A stretch of 64,000 nt of DNA from Squalus acanthias (taxonomy: Eukaryota). A model generated the notes under the pieces. It saw only the letters and a list, made by a program, of their open reading frames with translations, did no database searches and had not been told where the DNA came from. Position 1 is the stretch's first letter. The number at the start of each line of letters is the position of its first letter. Shown here one piece after another: positions 36,441 to 49,400 of this stretch. The position numbers were made by a program, and so were the translations under genes. The stretch covers positions 114,640,001-114,704,000 of the forward strand of contig CM059431.1 of NCBI GenBank assembly GCA_030390025.1, in the 5' to 3' direction.

Positions 36441-39400
36441 TACAGAACAGGTGGTGGGTGGAAAGAGTTCAGGAGATCCAGCAACTAGCCGACAACCATG
36501 ACGTGCGCGGATTCTTTAGCGCAGTCAAGACCATCTGCGACCCAAGCACCTATCCCGCTGAGAGCTAAGAACGATGAAGTTCTCATCAAGGACAGAGAGG
36601 CAGTCAGTGCCTGCTGGAAGGAGCACTTCAAAGACCTCCTCAACCAAGACTCAATCTTCGACATGAGTGTCCTTGATTCCATCCTACCGCATGCTATCCG
36701 CCACTATCTCAGCACAATCCCAGCCCTGCATGAGGTTGAAAAGGCCATCCGACAGTTGAAAATCAACAAGGTTTCCGGAGCATATGAAATCCCCGCCGAA
36801 GTACTAAAGATGGCAGTGAAGTAATCTTGGCACAAATCTATGACCTTATCTCCCTTATCTGGAAGGAGGAGAGCATGCCAGGAGATTTCAGAGACACTGT
36901 AATCGTGACCATCTTCAAGAAAGGAGACAAGTCTGATTGCGGTAATTACAGAGGAGTTTCCCTGTTGTCTGCCACAGGGAAAGTAATTGCAAGAATCCTC
37001 CTCACTTGTCTCCTCCCAGTGGCTGAAGAGCTTCTCCCAAAATCACAATGCGGATTCCGCCCACTAAGAGGCACAATGGACATGATTTTCACTATGCAAC
37101 AAATCCAAGAAAAATGTATGGAGCAGCACCAACCTCTGTACATGGCCTTTTTTGACCTCACAAAGGCCTTCAACTCTGTCAACCGAGAGGGATTATGGAG
37201 TGTCCTTCTCACATTTGGCTGTCCTCAAAAATACATTACCATCCTCCGTCTGCTCCACGATGACATGCAAGCCGTGATCCTTACTAACGGATCCATCACA
37301 GACCCAATACAAGTGAAGACCAGGGTCAAGCAAGGCTGTGTCATTGCACCAACGCTCTTCTCAAACTTTCTCGCTGCAATACTTCATCTCACCTTGTGGA
37401 AGTGCAGTTTTTGTCTCGGACAAAATGGCTTCCTTGAATTTAGACTCCATAAAATGGCCGACTCTGACTTGTGTGGAAAAGGGAAAAATCCATTGTTATG
37501 TTCTTTTCTGAAAATAACTTTAAAGTTCTAGACTATGCTGTCAGCAAAAGTCTGCCTGCACAAAAGAAAACAGGCTTAAATCGAGATAACCAAGGGCTAG
37601 TAAAGTAAACAAACAGGGCCTTGGCCTTGGGAAGAAAAAGAACAGACAGATAGACTCCATTTTATAGGGATTAGTTAGTCTCACTGTAAGGCATTTCTAA
37701 TGTGTTTTTTCTAATTGTTAATTTAGCTTACCTTAAAAGGAATACTGGAATTGAGATAACCAATGGATTCTCTTCTTTCTTTTGTTAAACAAACTTTTTT
37801 TGTTGTTCTTCTCAGTTTTTACACACCAGCTTAATTTAAATTGTAATTCAAATTAGGTTTTTTTTCTGGCACAATGCTTTCCCTGCAAAGTCTGATATAA
37901 AATTCCTGTCTATCCCTGACAGTAAAGGCGAATTTCCTTGTGATTCCTCTGCCAATGGTATGGACCAGAACCCGTTCTGTATCCAAGACTGTAAATATTT
38001 CAAAATCTGGTTTCAGACCATTAAATATCTTATTCAATATATATATATATATATATATATAGTGCCTGAGTTCATTTTGTTATTACAACATTATCCCAAA
38101 ATCCAAACAGCAGTACTGTTGAACTGACAGGTTTTGTCAATGTTCAATTTCATTTCTATCAATTTATCTTATCAATTCCAATTTCAGAAACAAATCATAA
38201 TTTTCCTTCTGTCACTGTGGGGACATATTAACTTAAAATTAAGAAACTTATATTTAATAATGTCCAATATCTTTAAATTTCATACTAAAGTTGTTGCTCG
38301 ATGAACTTAATCAGCTGTCAGTGGAAAGGGTTAACTCCTTTGCAGGTTTTTTAAGAAGGTGGAGCGAAACATTATCAGGCGCACGCAATTGCGTCACTTT
38401 ACGTAAATTTTAAAAAAAACTTTCCCGATCCAAAAAAGCAGTTGTGTTTTCACACTTTAACTAAACACGAACAGAACAGATAAAACAAAACAAAATAGCA
38501 CATGCTTGCAGAACTAGTAAATTACATCATTTTCTTATTGTCCTTTCTTCAGATGTCTTTCCAAAATACTATAACTATAAATTAGTTTTTCACATTTAAG
38601 CAAATCAAATCAAATTGCTTTGGAAGATTTTACCATAGCAACCGCGACTCCTAGGTTAAATCTTAGACCGAAACTTAATCTTTTATTAAAGTGTGAAAAC
38701 ACAACTGCTTTTTTGGATCGGGAGTGGAGCTAATCTACAGGACGAACGGGAAATTGTTCAATCTCCATCGCCTTCAGTCCAGAACCAAGATTGTTCCAAC
38801 CTCTGTTATTGAATTACAGTATGCAGACGACGCTTGGGCTTGTGCACACTCGGAAGCCAAACTCCAAACCATCGTTGACTCCTTCACTGAAGCGTACGAG
38901 AGACTGGGCCTTACTTCGGCCGCCTGAGGAAAAGAGTGTTTGAAGACCAAGACCTCAAACCCAGCACCAAGCTCATGGTCTACAGAGCAGCAGTGATACC
39001 CACCCTCCTGTATGCTTCAGAGACATGGACCATGTACACCAGGCACCTCAAAGCACTGGAGAAGTATCACCAACGCTGCCTCCGCAAAATCCTGCAAATC
39101 CATTGGCAGGATAGGCCTTCCAATGTCAGTGTTCTCTCTCAGGCCAACATCCCTAGCACTGAGGCATTGATCACACTCAATCAGCTCCGATGGATGGGCC
39201 ATATTGTCCGCATGCCTGATACAAGACTCCCGAAACAAGCATTCTAGTCCGAGCTCCGTCACGGCAAGCGACTTCCAGGAGGGCAGAGAAAACACTTCAA
39301 GGACGTCCTCAAAGTCTCCTTGAAAAAATGTAACATCCTCATCGACTCTTGGGAATCCCTAGCCCAAGACCGCTCAAATTGGAGGAGAAGCATTCAAGAA

Positions 39401-39631
39401 GGCGCCGAACACTTTGAGTTCTTCGTCAGGAGCTCACGGAGGCCAAGTACAAACCGCGGAAGGAGCGTATGACAAACCAAGCACTCCACCCACTCGTCCC
39501 TTCAACCACTACTTGCCCCACCTGTGGTAGAGTCTGTAGATCCCACATTGGACTCATTAGTCACCTTAGAACCCACAATATTGGATTGGAAGCAAGTCAT
39601 CCTCAACTCCGGGGGACTGCCTAAGACGACG
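36441..39631 (+). mobile_element. RTE-clade LINE, 5'-truncated and interrupted
   Basis: IFKKGDKSDCGNYRGVSLL, QCGFRP, FFDLTKAF, VKQGCVIAP, LQYADD, QLRWMGH; 12-bp TSD actgcgtcaatc (36429-36440, 39632-39643). Confidence 0.92.
37394..38720. other. AT-rich foreign insert in RTE RT; first ~350 bp LTR-like; contains (TA)n 38037-38061
   Basis: RTE frame stops at catctcacc and resumes at ggagtggagc; no TSD seen; 38-bp inverted repeat at right junction. Confidence 0.7.
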
Positions 39632-40814
39632 ACTGCGTCAATCACTACCACTGTCGCAGACTCCAGCTCAGAGACCAGCACCCCACGTAACTTAGAGGCT
39701 AGGGTAGAAGAGGGATCCTCACATTGGGATGCACCTGGCACTAGTGGGCAGCAGTCACACTGGGTGCCACCTAGGCCGTGGGGCAAGGTTGCATACTAGT
39801 TCTGCTGTATAGGAGTCAGATGAGGACCTCACAGGGCCAAGCTTCAGAAGGCGGCTGATGGGTCTGACAAACCAAATGCTTGGTGCAATGGACAGCCTGC
39901 CTGAAAGCTTACGGGTCATGGCTAGAAGGATGGAGGAGTCCGCCCCCAGCTTGGCCCGTAGCTTGACATAGAGCCTGAAATCTATCCTCTCCAGCATGGA
40001 AAGGCTGGCCAAGTCCATCCAGTGACCAGTGGGGCCCAACATCATGCAGCGTCTGATGACTGAGGTCGCAGCTTCCACTGCAGTCATAGCATCTTCCATG
40101 GAACGGCGAAGTGCTGCAATGGAAGCTCAGGCAGCTGCCATTGCAGCTCTGGGCTCCTCAGTTGAAAGGGGCTTGCAGAGTGTCTCAGCTGCCCAGAGAT
40201 TTTTCCTCCAGCAAATCACTGGCCTGGCTGAATAGACGCCCCGGGAACCATGGAGCAGGAACTTATTGGCCTCTCTCCAGATGGAAGCATTCCTGTTCCC
40301 TCGCCCGCCACTCCACTATTGCTCTCGACGTTGCCCGTCAGCCAGGTGGCCCAGACTACTGAAGCCTATGCTGATATGGTGCAGTCTGAGGCGGAGCCAT
40401 CACAGCCCACAGCCTCTCGAGGGCATCCAGGAGGATATCAGATCTGCCCTCTTTACATTCTCAGCAGATATCCACCTCACGTGCTGCTGCTGCTCGGGTT
40501 GTACTTGGTAGAAGCACCAGAGTAGGCAAGAGCACTGATAGTATAGCCTCTCAGGGTAAGCACCAGGGTGAATAGTTTAATATTTGTGTCAAGTTTTCAT
40601 TGTTTGCTTTTGCTCTCGAAAGAGTGTGATTAAGGTAATTGGGTTGTGCTGGAATTGGTGATCTTTTATATTGTGTTCTTCATGGGGAATGGGTTGAAAG
40701 GATTGAGTGCAGATGGTGGACTTCTTGCTGGATCCACAGTCGTGGAAGGTAAAGGCCTGTGGCAACAGTGCTCCGGAATCTGATGGTGGAGGGCGTCTCT
40801 CAAAAGCGGTCTTC

Positions 40815-41130
40815 AATTAGATGGCGGTGAGCATCCCTCGCCGGTGTGGGCCATCTACCTGGAACCCTCTGGTACTCCACCTTGCCCCCCTCATCTTCAT
40901 CACCACCTCAACCTGCTCCTTCTCCGCAACCTTTTCTGCCTCCTCCTCCTGAGCTTGACCCTCTGGCACAATTGCTGGTGGTAATGGCTGGTCTCTCATC
41001 ATCGCCAGATTGCGGCGCATGCAGCAAGTCATCACAAATCTGGACCCTCTCCTCCATCAGCTGGTACTGCTCTGCCTGGCTTTATCTCCTCCTCCATCCA
41101 AGGGGGACCCCTAGCAAGATCCCCATGCCC
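40815..41130 (-). pseudogene. HARBI1-like nuclease remnant (N- and C-terminal pieces, core deleted)
   Basis: VMTCCMRRNLAMMRDQPLPP plus acidic tail, resembling the HARBI1 C-terminal CCMLHNLA motif. Confidence 0.6.
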
Positions 41131-42099
41131 AAGCACTCCCTTTCCCCTGGTGACTCCTATAAGGTCTCCAATAAGGTACAGTAGCACAGCACTCACTCTC
41201 TTTAGGTGAAGCCCTCAGAGAATTTCCAGAATAAATGTTGATAGAATGTTGGTGAAGTCTTGACAAAGTGTCCCAGAAAGTCTCCTGATGTGCATCAAAA
41301 GTCCTCTTTAAATGCAGTGTACTCAGTTGATCTCAATCAGCACGTGAACAGTGAAAGCTGAGCATGGCTTTAAGTAGTGCTCACAATCCTCATCGTCTTC
41401 TTTACACCTGTTCAGCTGGTCGCTGTTAGGAGAGGTCGGTAATTGCAGCGCTTGCCAGCAAAATGGCGTGCAGATTCTTTAATGAGCATTAGGAGCCAAT
41501 TTAATTGATCATCAGAGGCATAATCATCCTCAGGGCGGCCGTTCCTAGCGTGTGCTTAAACTCCTTTACCAAGATGGCGTCTTGCACTAAAGGCAGGCTA
41601 ACCAGGCGTTGCAGCTCAAGACCCCACCTTGGAGACTCTTTAGCGCCTAAACTACTGACACTACAGTGGGGAAAATAGGCCCCTTGAAGTCTTGGGTGCC
41701 CTTTTTTGAAGAGCCTTGTCTTAAGGGGTTGACCAATAATCTAGTCAGGTTTGTTACACTAAGATGTGTTGCAAGTTTACTAGCTGAATCGAGCATCCAT
41801 TTTAATACAGCTGCTCTCCTGTATTTGTTAGAATATCCCAAAATTAGTGGAGTTTTTTAAATTAATAAGGCTCTGCACATCTGTCTGACAGTTATGTCCC
41901 ACAGTGTCACTGATAAGTAAACAGAATATTTGTATGATGTTAGTTAGCTTTAAGGAACCTACCTGTATCTTTTAAAAATCAAATAATTAAAAATAATTAA
42001 TATCTCTCAATCCCCTTTCTGAATGCTTACATCAGTTATTTTTTTGAATATTGTAGTTTTGTTTAAACAGTGTTTTTACACCCAAGGATCTCTTCCATG

Positions 42100-45000
42100 G
42101 CATCACCTTGTGTCAGGTCATTTATTTGCCACTAATCTTACACAGAACTGCATGGTCTTGCCCTTCTTACGAAGCAATACCACCGGCGATGCCCATGGAC
42201 TGTGGGATGGTCAAATTATTCCAAGGTTCAGCATCTCCTGCACTTCCTGATCTGTGCGTTCCCATTGTGTGGCACAAGGTATGCTTGTTGATGTACTAGA
42301 TACGAGATGGCCATGTTTACCTCACGCACAAACTGTTTTCCATAGCTTGGTTTGCCCAAGAACACTGACTGGGGCAATACTTTATCCCAGTGCCCAGTGT
42401 TCTGCTCAGCATAAGTGCGTAGTGTGTAAGCCGGGTGCTGTTAAACCTCTCTACCCCCATTCACCTAAGGATGGAGCAGGCCGGATTGAAGTTCTTTAAT
42501 TTAACACTGTGACTAGTTCAAATATTAAGCCAGTCTTGGTCAAATGAAATCTCTTCTGGGAACCGGACTTGAATGACCATTTCTGAGAATGCATTCTTTA
42601 TGACAACTGTGTCCACTAACACAAGAATTACAGCAGCAGGATATTTGGACACACAGTCCACCATGGTTAACATGTACCATTTCCCTGACTGAATCCTGAC
42701 AGGCAAGGGGCCATTGATATTTATGCCTTTTGAAAAGTTCATTAATAATCTGTCGGGGGTCGAGATGGTGTTTTGTTGCGTTACTCCAGTTTACTCATAC
42801 ACTGACACTGGTCACACGGCCTACACAATTCAGCTGTGTCCTTAGGGATAGTGGGCCAATAAAAGTGCTGCAACAATCTGTCCTTTGTACATTTTACCCC
42901 CCCTGATGTCCGGCAAGGGAACAGTCATGGGCTACCTTTACTAAACGGTACACCTGTGGTATCACTTTCTGTTGAAACTTTTCCAGTTCCTTTCCTTCAA
43001 CAGGTTTTGATTTGTAATGACAGATCAAAAGTTCGTCCTCATAACTGCACCATTCCATTGCTTCATATTATATGTCCCTGATGCCTGAGGGTATGAGCCT
43101 TCTAATGTAGGGTCAGTCCACTCAACCTGTGCTAGCTCTCGGTGGTCAAGACTACCTGGTTGATTGTCTGTTGTGAGATATTGTGTGAGCATACCTCCGT
43201 CCACTTGCTCGTATGCAGCCCAGCTCCCCGAGACATGAACTTTCTTATCTCAGGACCTGGCCACTGCTTTAGGTGCTGTGTGAGCTGAGTTTATTGCAGC
43301 GGCCAGTGTTACTTTTAATTCAGTTCCACTCAGCTCCACAGCCTTTGCTCGACTCTGAATAACCACCCAAGTTTTCTCCTCCTTAACCATATTAGCCATA
43401 ACCTCCCCATCATTCAGATCATTCCCCAGCAGAACCTGGAACAATACCCCTACTTCTTTCACCCCCAACCATTAAGTGAGACCATGAATGCAGGCTATCC
43501 TACCTCTAGATACTGGTCCTCCCCACAATGTGTGCTCATAGCAGTGTTAGTGCACACCCAGTAATACACAATCCTTTGGTCAGCTGCTATTCACGGAGAC
43601 AGGAAATAGGAATATTGTCTTATTCCTTACAGCGGGTGTCGCTGCACACCCTGCAGTCTCATGCCTCACAACGGGATTCAGTCGTCCTGACTGGGGCCTG
43701 GCCCGACACCTGGACCATCATTCGCCCAGGTATGCTCCGCTTTGGTACAGTTGGAGCACCAGAGAGCATCTCTGGTGTCATCCCATGGGGTCTCATTATA
43801 TGAGCTGCACCCCTGCCAATTGGGGCTGTGAATGCACACCATGCTGGGTGGCTCTTCCTTTGGCTGATGGGTGGGAGTAATCTGACCACCCATTAGGTTC
43901 TCAGGATCCTGACACGTCTGAGATCACAAAGTAATCTGTTCATTCATCTAACTACGTCAGAATCTTAGTCCAGAAACCAAATCCTTAGATTGTATGGAAC
44001 TCATTGCTTAAAATTGATCTGTTAACATTAATTGACACAGCATATTAAACCACATTTCCAAATACCCTCCAGCTCCAGGACTAATTTTCTGTGAGTACCA
44101 CATGGAGCTTTCTGCAATTCCTTGAACTTTTGAACATTTTACAATTTTAAAGTCCATACTGCCCATCGGATTAATGTAAGGATCTGTGATGAAGGCTTCA
44201 CTGCCAACTGATGGCATCAGACTTGCAGCGCAGGCTTCTTTGTTCCACTTATGGCGTCTTGCTAATAATTCAAAAGCCCTATTGAAGCTAGCTGGACCGT
44301 AAATTAGCCTGGGCCCAGATACTCTGGGTCGCAGCCTCAGCTGCCAATATCCAGGGGCCATAATTTGGGGAGAAAGCTCTGGCCACACCAGACATGGTCG
44401 CCTGTGTCACAGGGGGCAATGCCAAGGGAAGGGGACTCCCAGGATGGGAGTTTCCTGGCCTGAGATATGCCAGACTACCAGTAGGCCCGTTGAAATGAGG
44501 TGCAACAGCCTCCCAGCTTGCAGGTGGGGCCCATCTGGAGATTCAGACCTGGGAATTAGCCTGAACTCCCGAAAGAGTTTGCTCAGTATTTTTACCCCTT
44601 ATAACGGGATTCGACGAGGGCTCTCCTCTGCATTTAATGAGCCAGTGGTGTTGGGAGGGTAACGAGTGGCTGACCAGGACCACACCTCTCCTCCTTGCCC
44701 CCGCCCCCCCCTCCCCCACCTTCATATGGCTAGCACCCCGGACGCTCCAATAGCAGCACAGGTACTCGCCAGAAAAATGCAGATTAAGGAACGTCACCCT
44801 GACCCCAAAAACCCCAGTGGGATCAGCGGCGGAGGCTCCCAGCGAGTGCATCTCATCACTTACACTGGGATTGGAGACATTATCAGCTTCTCGCCGACAT
44901 ACCCTTCTTTAAAATTTGTTTTTTGTATCAAATTGGATTTAACATAGTCCCACAGAGTTATAGGCTAAATGAACTTTACCCTCACTTACGGACTCTCTGT

Positions 45001-45200
45001 CAATACACGCCTTCCCACATCAGCGACTATCGCCACTGTTGCTTTGTCTCGTGTCCTCACTTTCTCATTCTCCTCTGCCCCGCGCCATTCCTGTCTCCTG
45101 GACCTCCTCCTCAAATCTAAGGCGTTCCTTCTCCTCCTCATGTTTTCAGCAGCTCCAGCTCGTACACATCTTCCTTTGCTTTTTCCTCAGCAGCTAATTG
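42100..45200 (-). mobile_element. Old Gmr1-like Gypsy remnant (gag-PR-IN-RT order)
   Basis: gag FELLARRHKWNKE (~44270), protease end LLGNDL (~43430), integrase AH...AGH..HFYWP..C..CQ / GPLP / VERFNST (42960-42350), then RT start EVQEMLNLGII.PSHSPWASPVVL (~42245-42140). Confidence 0.75.
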
Positions 45201-45213
45201 GGCCAAGTCTTTC

Positions 45214-45634
45214 ATAGAAACATAGAATCTAGGAGCAGGAGTAGGCCATTCGGCCCATCGAGCCTGCTCCACCATTCAATACGATCATGGCTGATCATCC
45301 AAGTCCAGTACCCTGTCCCTGCTTTAATCCCCACAGTACACATATCCCACCCTACCCCCGTAACCCCACGTATTTAATTCCCCCTAACATATCCTATCCT
45401 ATCCCCATAACCCCACATATTTAATCCCCCCCTAACACTAAGGGCCAATTTATCATAGCCAAATCAACCTAACCCGCACATTTTTGGACTGTGGGAGGAA
45501 ACCGGAGCACCCGGAGGAAACCCACGCAGACACGGGGAGAATGTGCAAACTCCACACAGACAGTCACCCGAGGTCAGATTCGAACCCGGGTCCCTGGCGC
45601 TGTGAGGCAACAGTGCTAACCACTATGCCACCGT
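45214..45634 (-). mobile_element. HE1-like V-SINE with CR1/HER1-derived tail
   Basis: V-domain tgtgggaggaaaccggagcacccggaggaaacccacgcagacacggggagaatgtgcaaactccacacagac; tRNA head; tail ggagcaggagtaggccattcggccc. Confidence 0.85.
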
Positions 45635-46304
45635 GTTTCTCTTTATTAATGCCTGTCTGAGCCCTTCGAGACATTTTTAAAAAAAAACTACTGCTGTTTG
45701 CTAATTCTCCACTGATTTTAAATTTAGCTTGATGGTCTGTGCGTGGTATTCCACCACACAAATGCTGCCACCACGGTTTTGTTTTTATTAAATCTTTATT
45801 TTGCTCTGGATATTTTTGGTTTAAGTTAGTCCAAGATCCCAATGTACCAGAGAGGGTTTTCCCGCCAAGATTAAATTCCTAGCATGCCTGAGTAATGAAC
45901 AGAAAACATATTTTAGCTACTGTTTCTATCCCAAGCCCTCACAGGATCATTCTTGTCTTTGGATGGTGGCAGAATGCCCTGCTGAATCTTATACAAAAAG
46001 GTTTCATTTCCCCCCACCACCCCCCCACCCCGCCCGACCCGACCCCCAGAGTCGTCTCCTCCTAAAAAAAGTGGGCACTGTGGCTTGCCACAAAGAAATA
46101 CCCATCTTGAGAACCCCGTTTAGTGCAATTTAAATGCCGGCAGCGACCAAAGAATACCAAAGCAAAGTTTTACCAGGAAATAAGTCCAAAAATGGAAGCG
46201 CACCCAGCAAAACCAACTAATGCATAGAGCAAAATGCAGCTAAAGACAATTGAAAATGGCATAAAAAATATACCGACAAAAAAAAAAATCCTTTAAAAGC
46301 CTAT

Positions 46305-46417
46305 CCCACATTACAACAGTGACTACACTCCAAAAGTACTTCATTGGCTGTAAAGCGCTTTGAGACGTCTGGTGGTCGTGAAAGGCACTATATAAATGCA
46401 AGTCTTTCTTTTTCTTT
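46305..46417 (+). mobile_element. DeuSINE 3' fragment
   Basis: cccacattacaacagtgactacac...ctgtaaagcgctttgagacg...tataaatgcaagtctttc. Confidence 0.8.
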
Positions 46418-49400
46418 CTATTTGAGCAGGCCAGGTCCTGGGACTGGAACTCATCATGCACCTAGTTTTTTAGGAGTCAGGCTCCTGCTGCAAGCAGAAC
46501 CTCGTCCGAATACATGAAATTGAGGTTCTTTAATTACTGAAGCATGTCATTAATACAGCCTTATCTTTTCCACCCAGATCTCCTATTAGAAAGTAAGTCA
46601 GAGGAATCCACTTCACCACATCTGTGCAACAGAGGGGAGATTTCCATTTACTGGTCTCAGGGAGACTGATCTGGGACAAGTTCTGTGCAGTTTTCCCAAG
46701 TTATGGAATTACAAGAGGGCAGGAAAACTCTACTCTGTTCCGGGCAAGATAACATTCACAACCACAGGCACAATGGAAGAGCAAAGCAGACAAGCAACCA
46801 AACTAATGAAAAGAATTTTGTGTCAAAACACACTCAGTGGATTGTGGGAAGACTTCATTGCACTCAGCCCCCATCACCACAGCCAAAATTTAGTCACAGA
46901 AGTCTCAATGAAGGCTGGTACTCTGTTGGCGAGCCACAAAATCAGGACACTCTCATTGGGGACAGAGAATGGGGAAAAACAGACATTGCCCATTTCCTTC
47001 TTACTGCGTGTGCTCTGCGGTCTAGCAATCATTGGCCAAGTCATTCAGGGCACCATTGCCAGGAAGTACTTGACTGAAGCAAGCTCCTCGGAGCTAAGCA
47101 GTCGGTTTCAGAACAAAAATGGACAAAGATGGATTTTTAAAATGGATTAAAAGGAAGCAATTGTGTTATTTCCTAGCAGTACACACCATCACATGCATAT
47201 ACAAGAAAAGAGCGTAATTATATTTGAATGTGGCTGATGTATCGGGTGTCAGAGTGGACCACTGAAACAGAATGAAAGAAAACACTGAATAAATTCCACT
47301 TTACTTACTTTGCGATTCATTTTCTTTCAAGAGCAATCCCTAAAATATCAATCGCTGACATCATGCTCGATTCCTAGCAGATCTCTAGGATTTCTGTCAC
47401 AACAAACCTACAAACCCACAAGCTCCTCTGTGCTTGTAACAAGCTCGTTTGTTTCTGAAAATTTGCCTCGTGCTAACATTACACGGCTTGATTTCAGGAG
47501 ATTACAACTCTCTGTAGTGGGACTGTGTGAGCTTGCTGCAGATTAAATGTGGTTGAAGATTTGAGAGAAAAAGAAGCAAATATTTTTTTTATTTTTTTTT
47601 TTAAACAGAATTTAGCAGGGGATCTGACCCTTCCTCTGTTTGCCCTGTGCTGTATGTTGGTGCTCCAATAACCCGCAAATAGGGAAAAAGTACAAGGAGC
47701 AAACTTCTCACCAATAAAGTGCGTCATTCAATTTAGATGCGCTGTTCAACTATGGCATATTCCTCCCCTTCTGAAATTTTTCATAATATAAAAACTTGCA
47801 GAATCCCTCATCAAGAAAGAGTGCAATTCGTGCAATCCTCCAAGTTCCTAACATGCAGAACACCAAGACTACTCAAGTTTATTAATGCTGTGGTGGGGGC
47901 GGGGGGGCGGGGAAGGAGAGAGGGAAATCATTATCCTGGATAATTACACAGACCTAGACGTAAAAGTGCCTGTGATTTCCTGGTTAAGACACTGCCTTGC
48001 AGATTGGTAATGGTAGCTTTAAATTTGCGTAAAAATGTTTAGCCATTTTTTTCTGTGGTGGGGGCAGGGGGTGGGGGTGGGGGGGGGCTGGTTTATAAAC
48101 GTTATTCATCTCCGAGCACTTTTTTTGCACACTGATTTCAGCTCGCCAGGCAGCAGCCTCCTGCGGTGAGCTGGAAAGCAGTGAGAGTAATGGCAAGGCC
48201 ACAAACAATGATTTATTGAACATATCAAATTGAGAAGAAATAAGCAAAGGGCTAATCTGATTTATGGTTCTAATTTTGTTTGGCCACATGTATACATGGG
48301 ATTTGTTGTACAGCTGAGAGCAATTGTATGAATTACCTAGAACTGTAAACTTCAGAGGAAGCTGGGCAATCAGCACCTCTGTCAATAATAAGTATGTTAA
48401 AAACTGTGCACTTTGTCATGGGCTGTAGTGTGTTTACACAACTGCATTACATTCATCATGAGAGGAAAAAAGGTCACCAAGAGTAGCAAAAAAAGACGTA
48501 CAAATCTGTGAAAATAGAGTGTGGCAATATAAAACCCAGAGCCAACAGAGACATTTTTTTCCCTCTAATCTTCTCCCCTCTTCTCTTAAAACCATTGACT
48601 CTTGATGGGGTACAATTCTGCAGGTGCTGGGTGCCCTCTGGTGTCTCGGCTGTTCAGCATGTGTGAGCCTAGGCAGTGAGCATTAGCTGGCTATTTGATC
48701 TTGGGGGTCATCACAGTTTGGCATGATTCTATTCTCAGCTGACATTCGTGCGCACACACATTCCGGCAGGGGGCATTGCTCGGTGACCAGGAAGGGAATT
48801 TTTTTTTCACCCTCTTCCTCACACAGGGGTGCTGAAGGCAAAAGAGAAACCTTTCATCAATGCAGTGTTGGAGAGCTTTCTAATGGGTGCCTCTTTGACA
48901 GGTGAAGTACCCTACCCTCCCCCCTCACATAAATACTCTGGAACTGTCTACAGAAAAACTTACCTCACCAACTATTCCATGTAAACAAGCATGCATGTCA
49001 ACTAGATGTACTGTAAATTAAAAACACTGATATGGTAAGTTCTTATAGGGGTAAAAGTCTTCTTTAAATGAAAAATGGCAGAATGCTCATCTTTCTCCAT
49101 AATTATCTCACTAATGAAATCCATGACATTTTTATTTTGCACAATAAAATCACTTCAATTTTTATGCAAGTGCAGTTTTTTTAAACTCCTAATTTCATTT
49201 TGGTGAGATCACTGTAAATATCATAAAAAGTGCAGATTGTAGAAAGTGTTATCAAGTAGTGGAATTTAACCTTATGATATTCATAACCCATTCCAGTGTC
49301 ACTGCAATGTCATCAGAATTCCTTAATCCTTGCACATTATTTCCTTTTTTCTGTAAATTTCCTTAAAAATCAAACAACTTTAAAATGATGTGATAAAATA

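Larger units (their letters stand above)
35145..41683 (+). mobile_element. Decayed Harbinger transposon with nested CR1 tail, RTE and further insert
   Basis: TIR ggggctatttt / aaaataggcccc; TSD TTG (35142-35144, 41684-41686); Myb gene on +, HARBI1 remnant on -. Confidence 0.75.
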
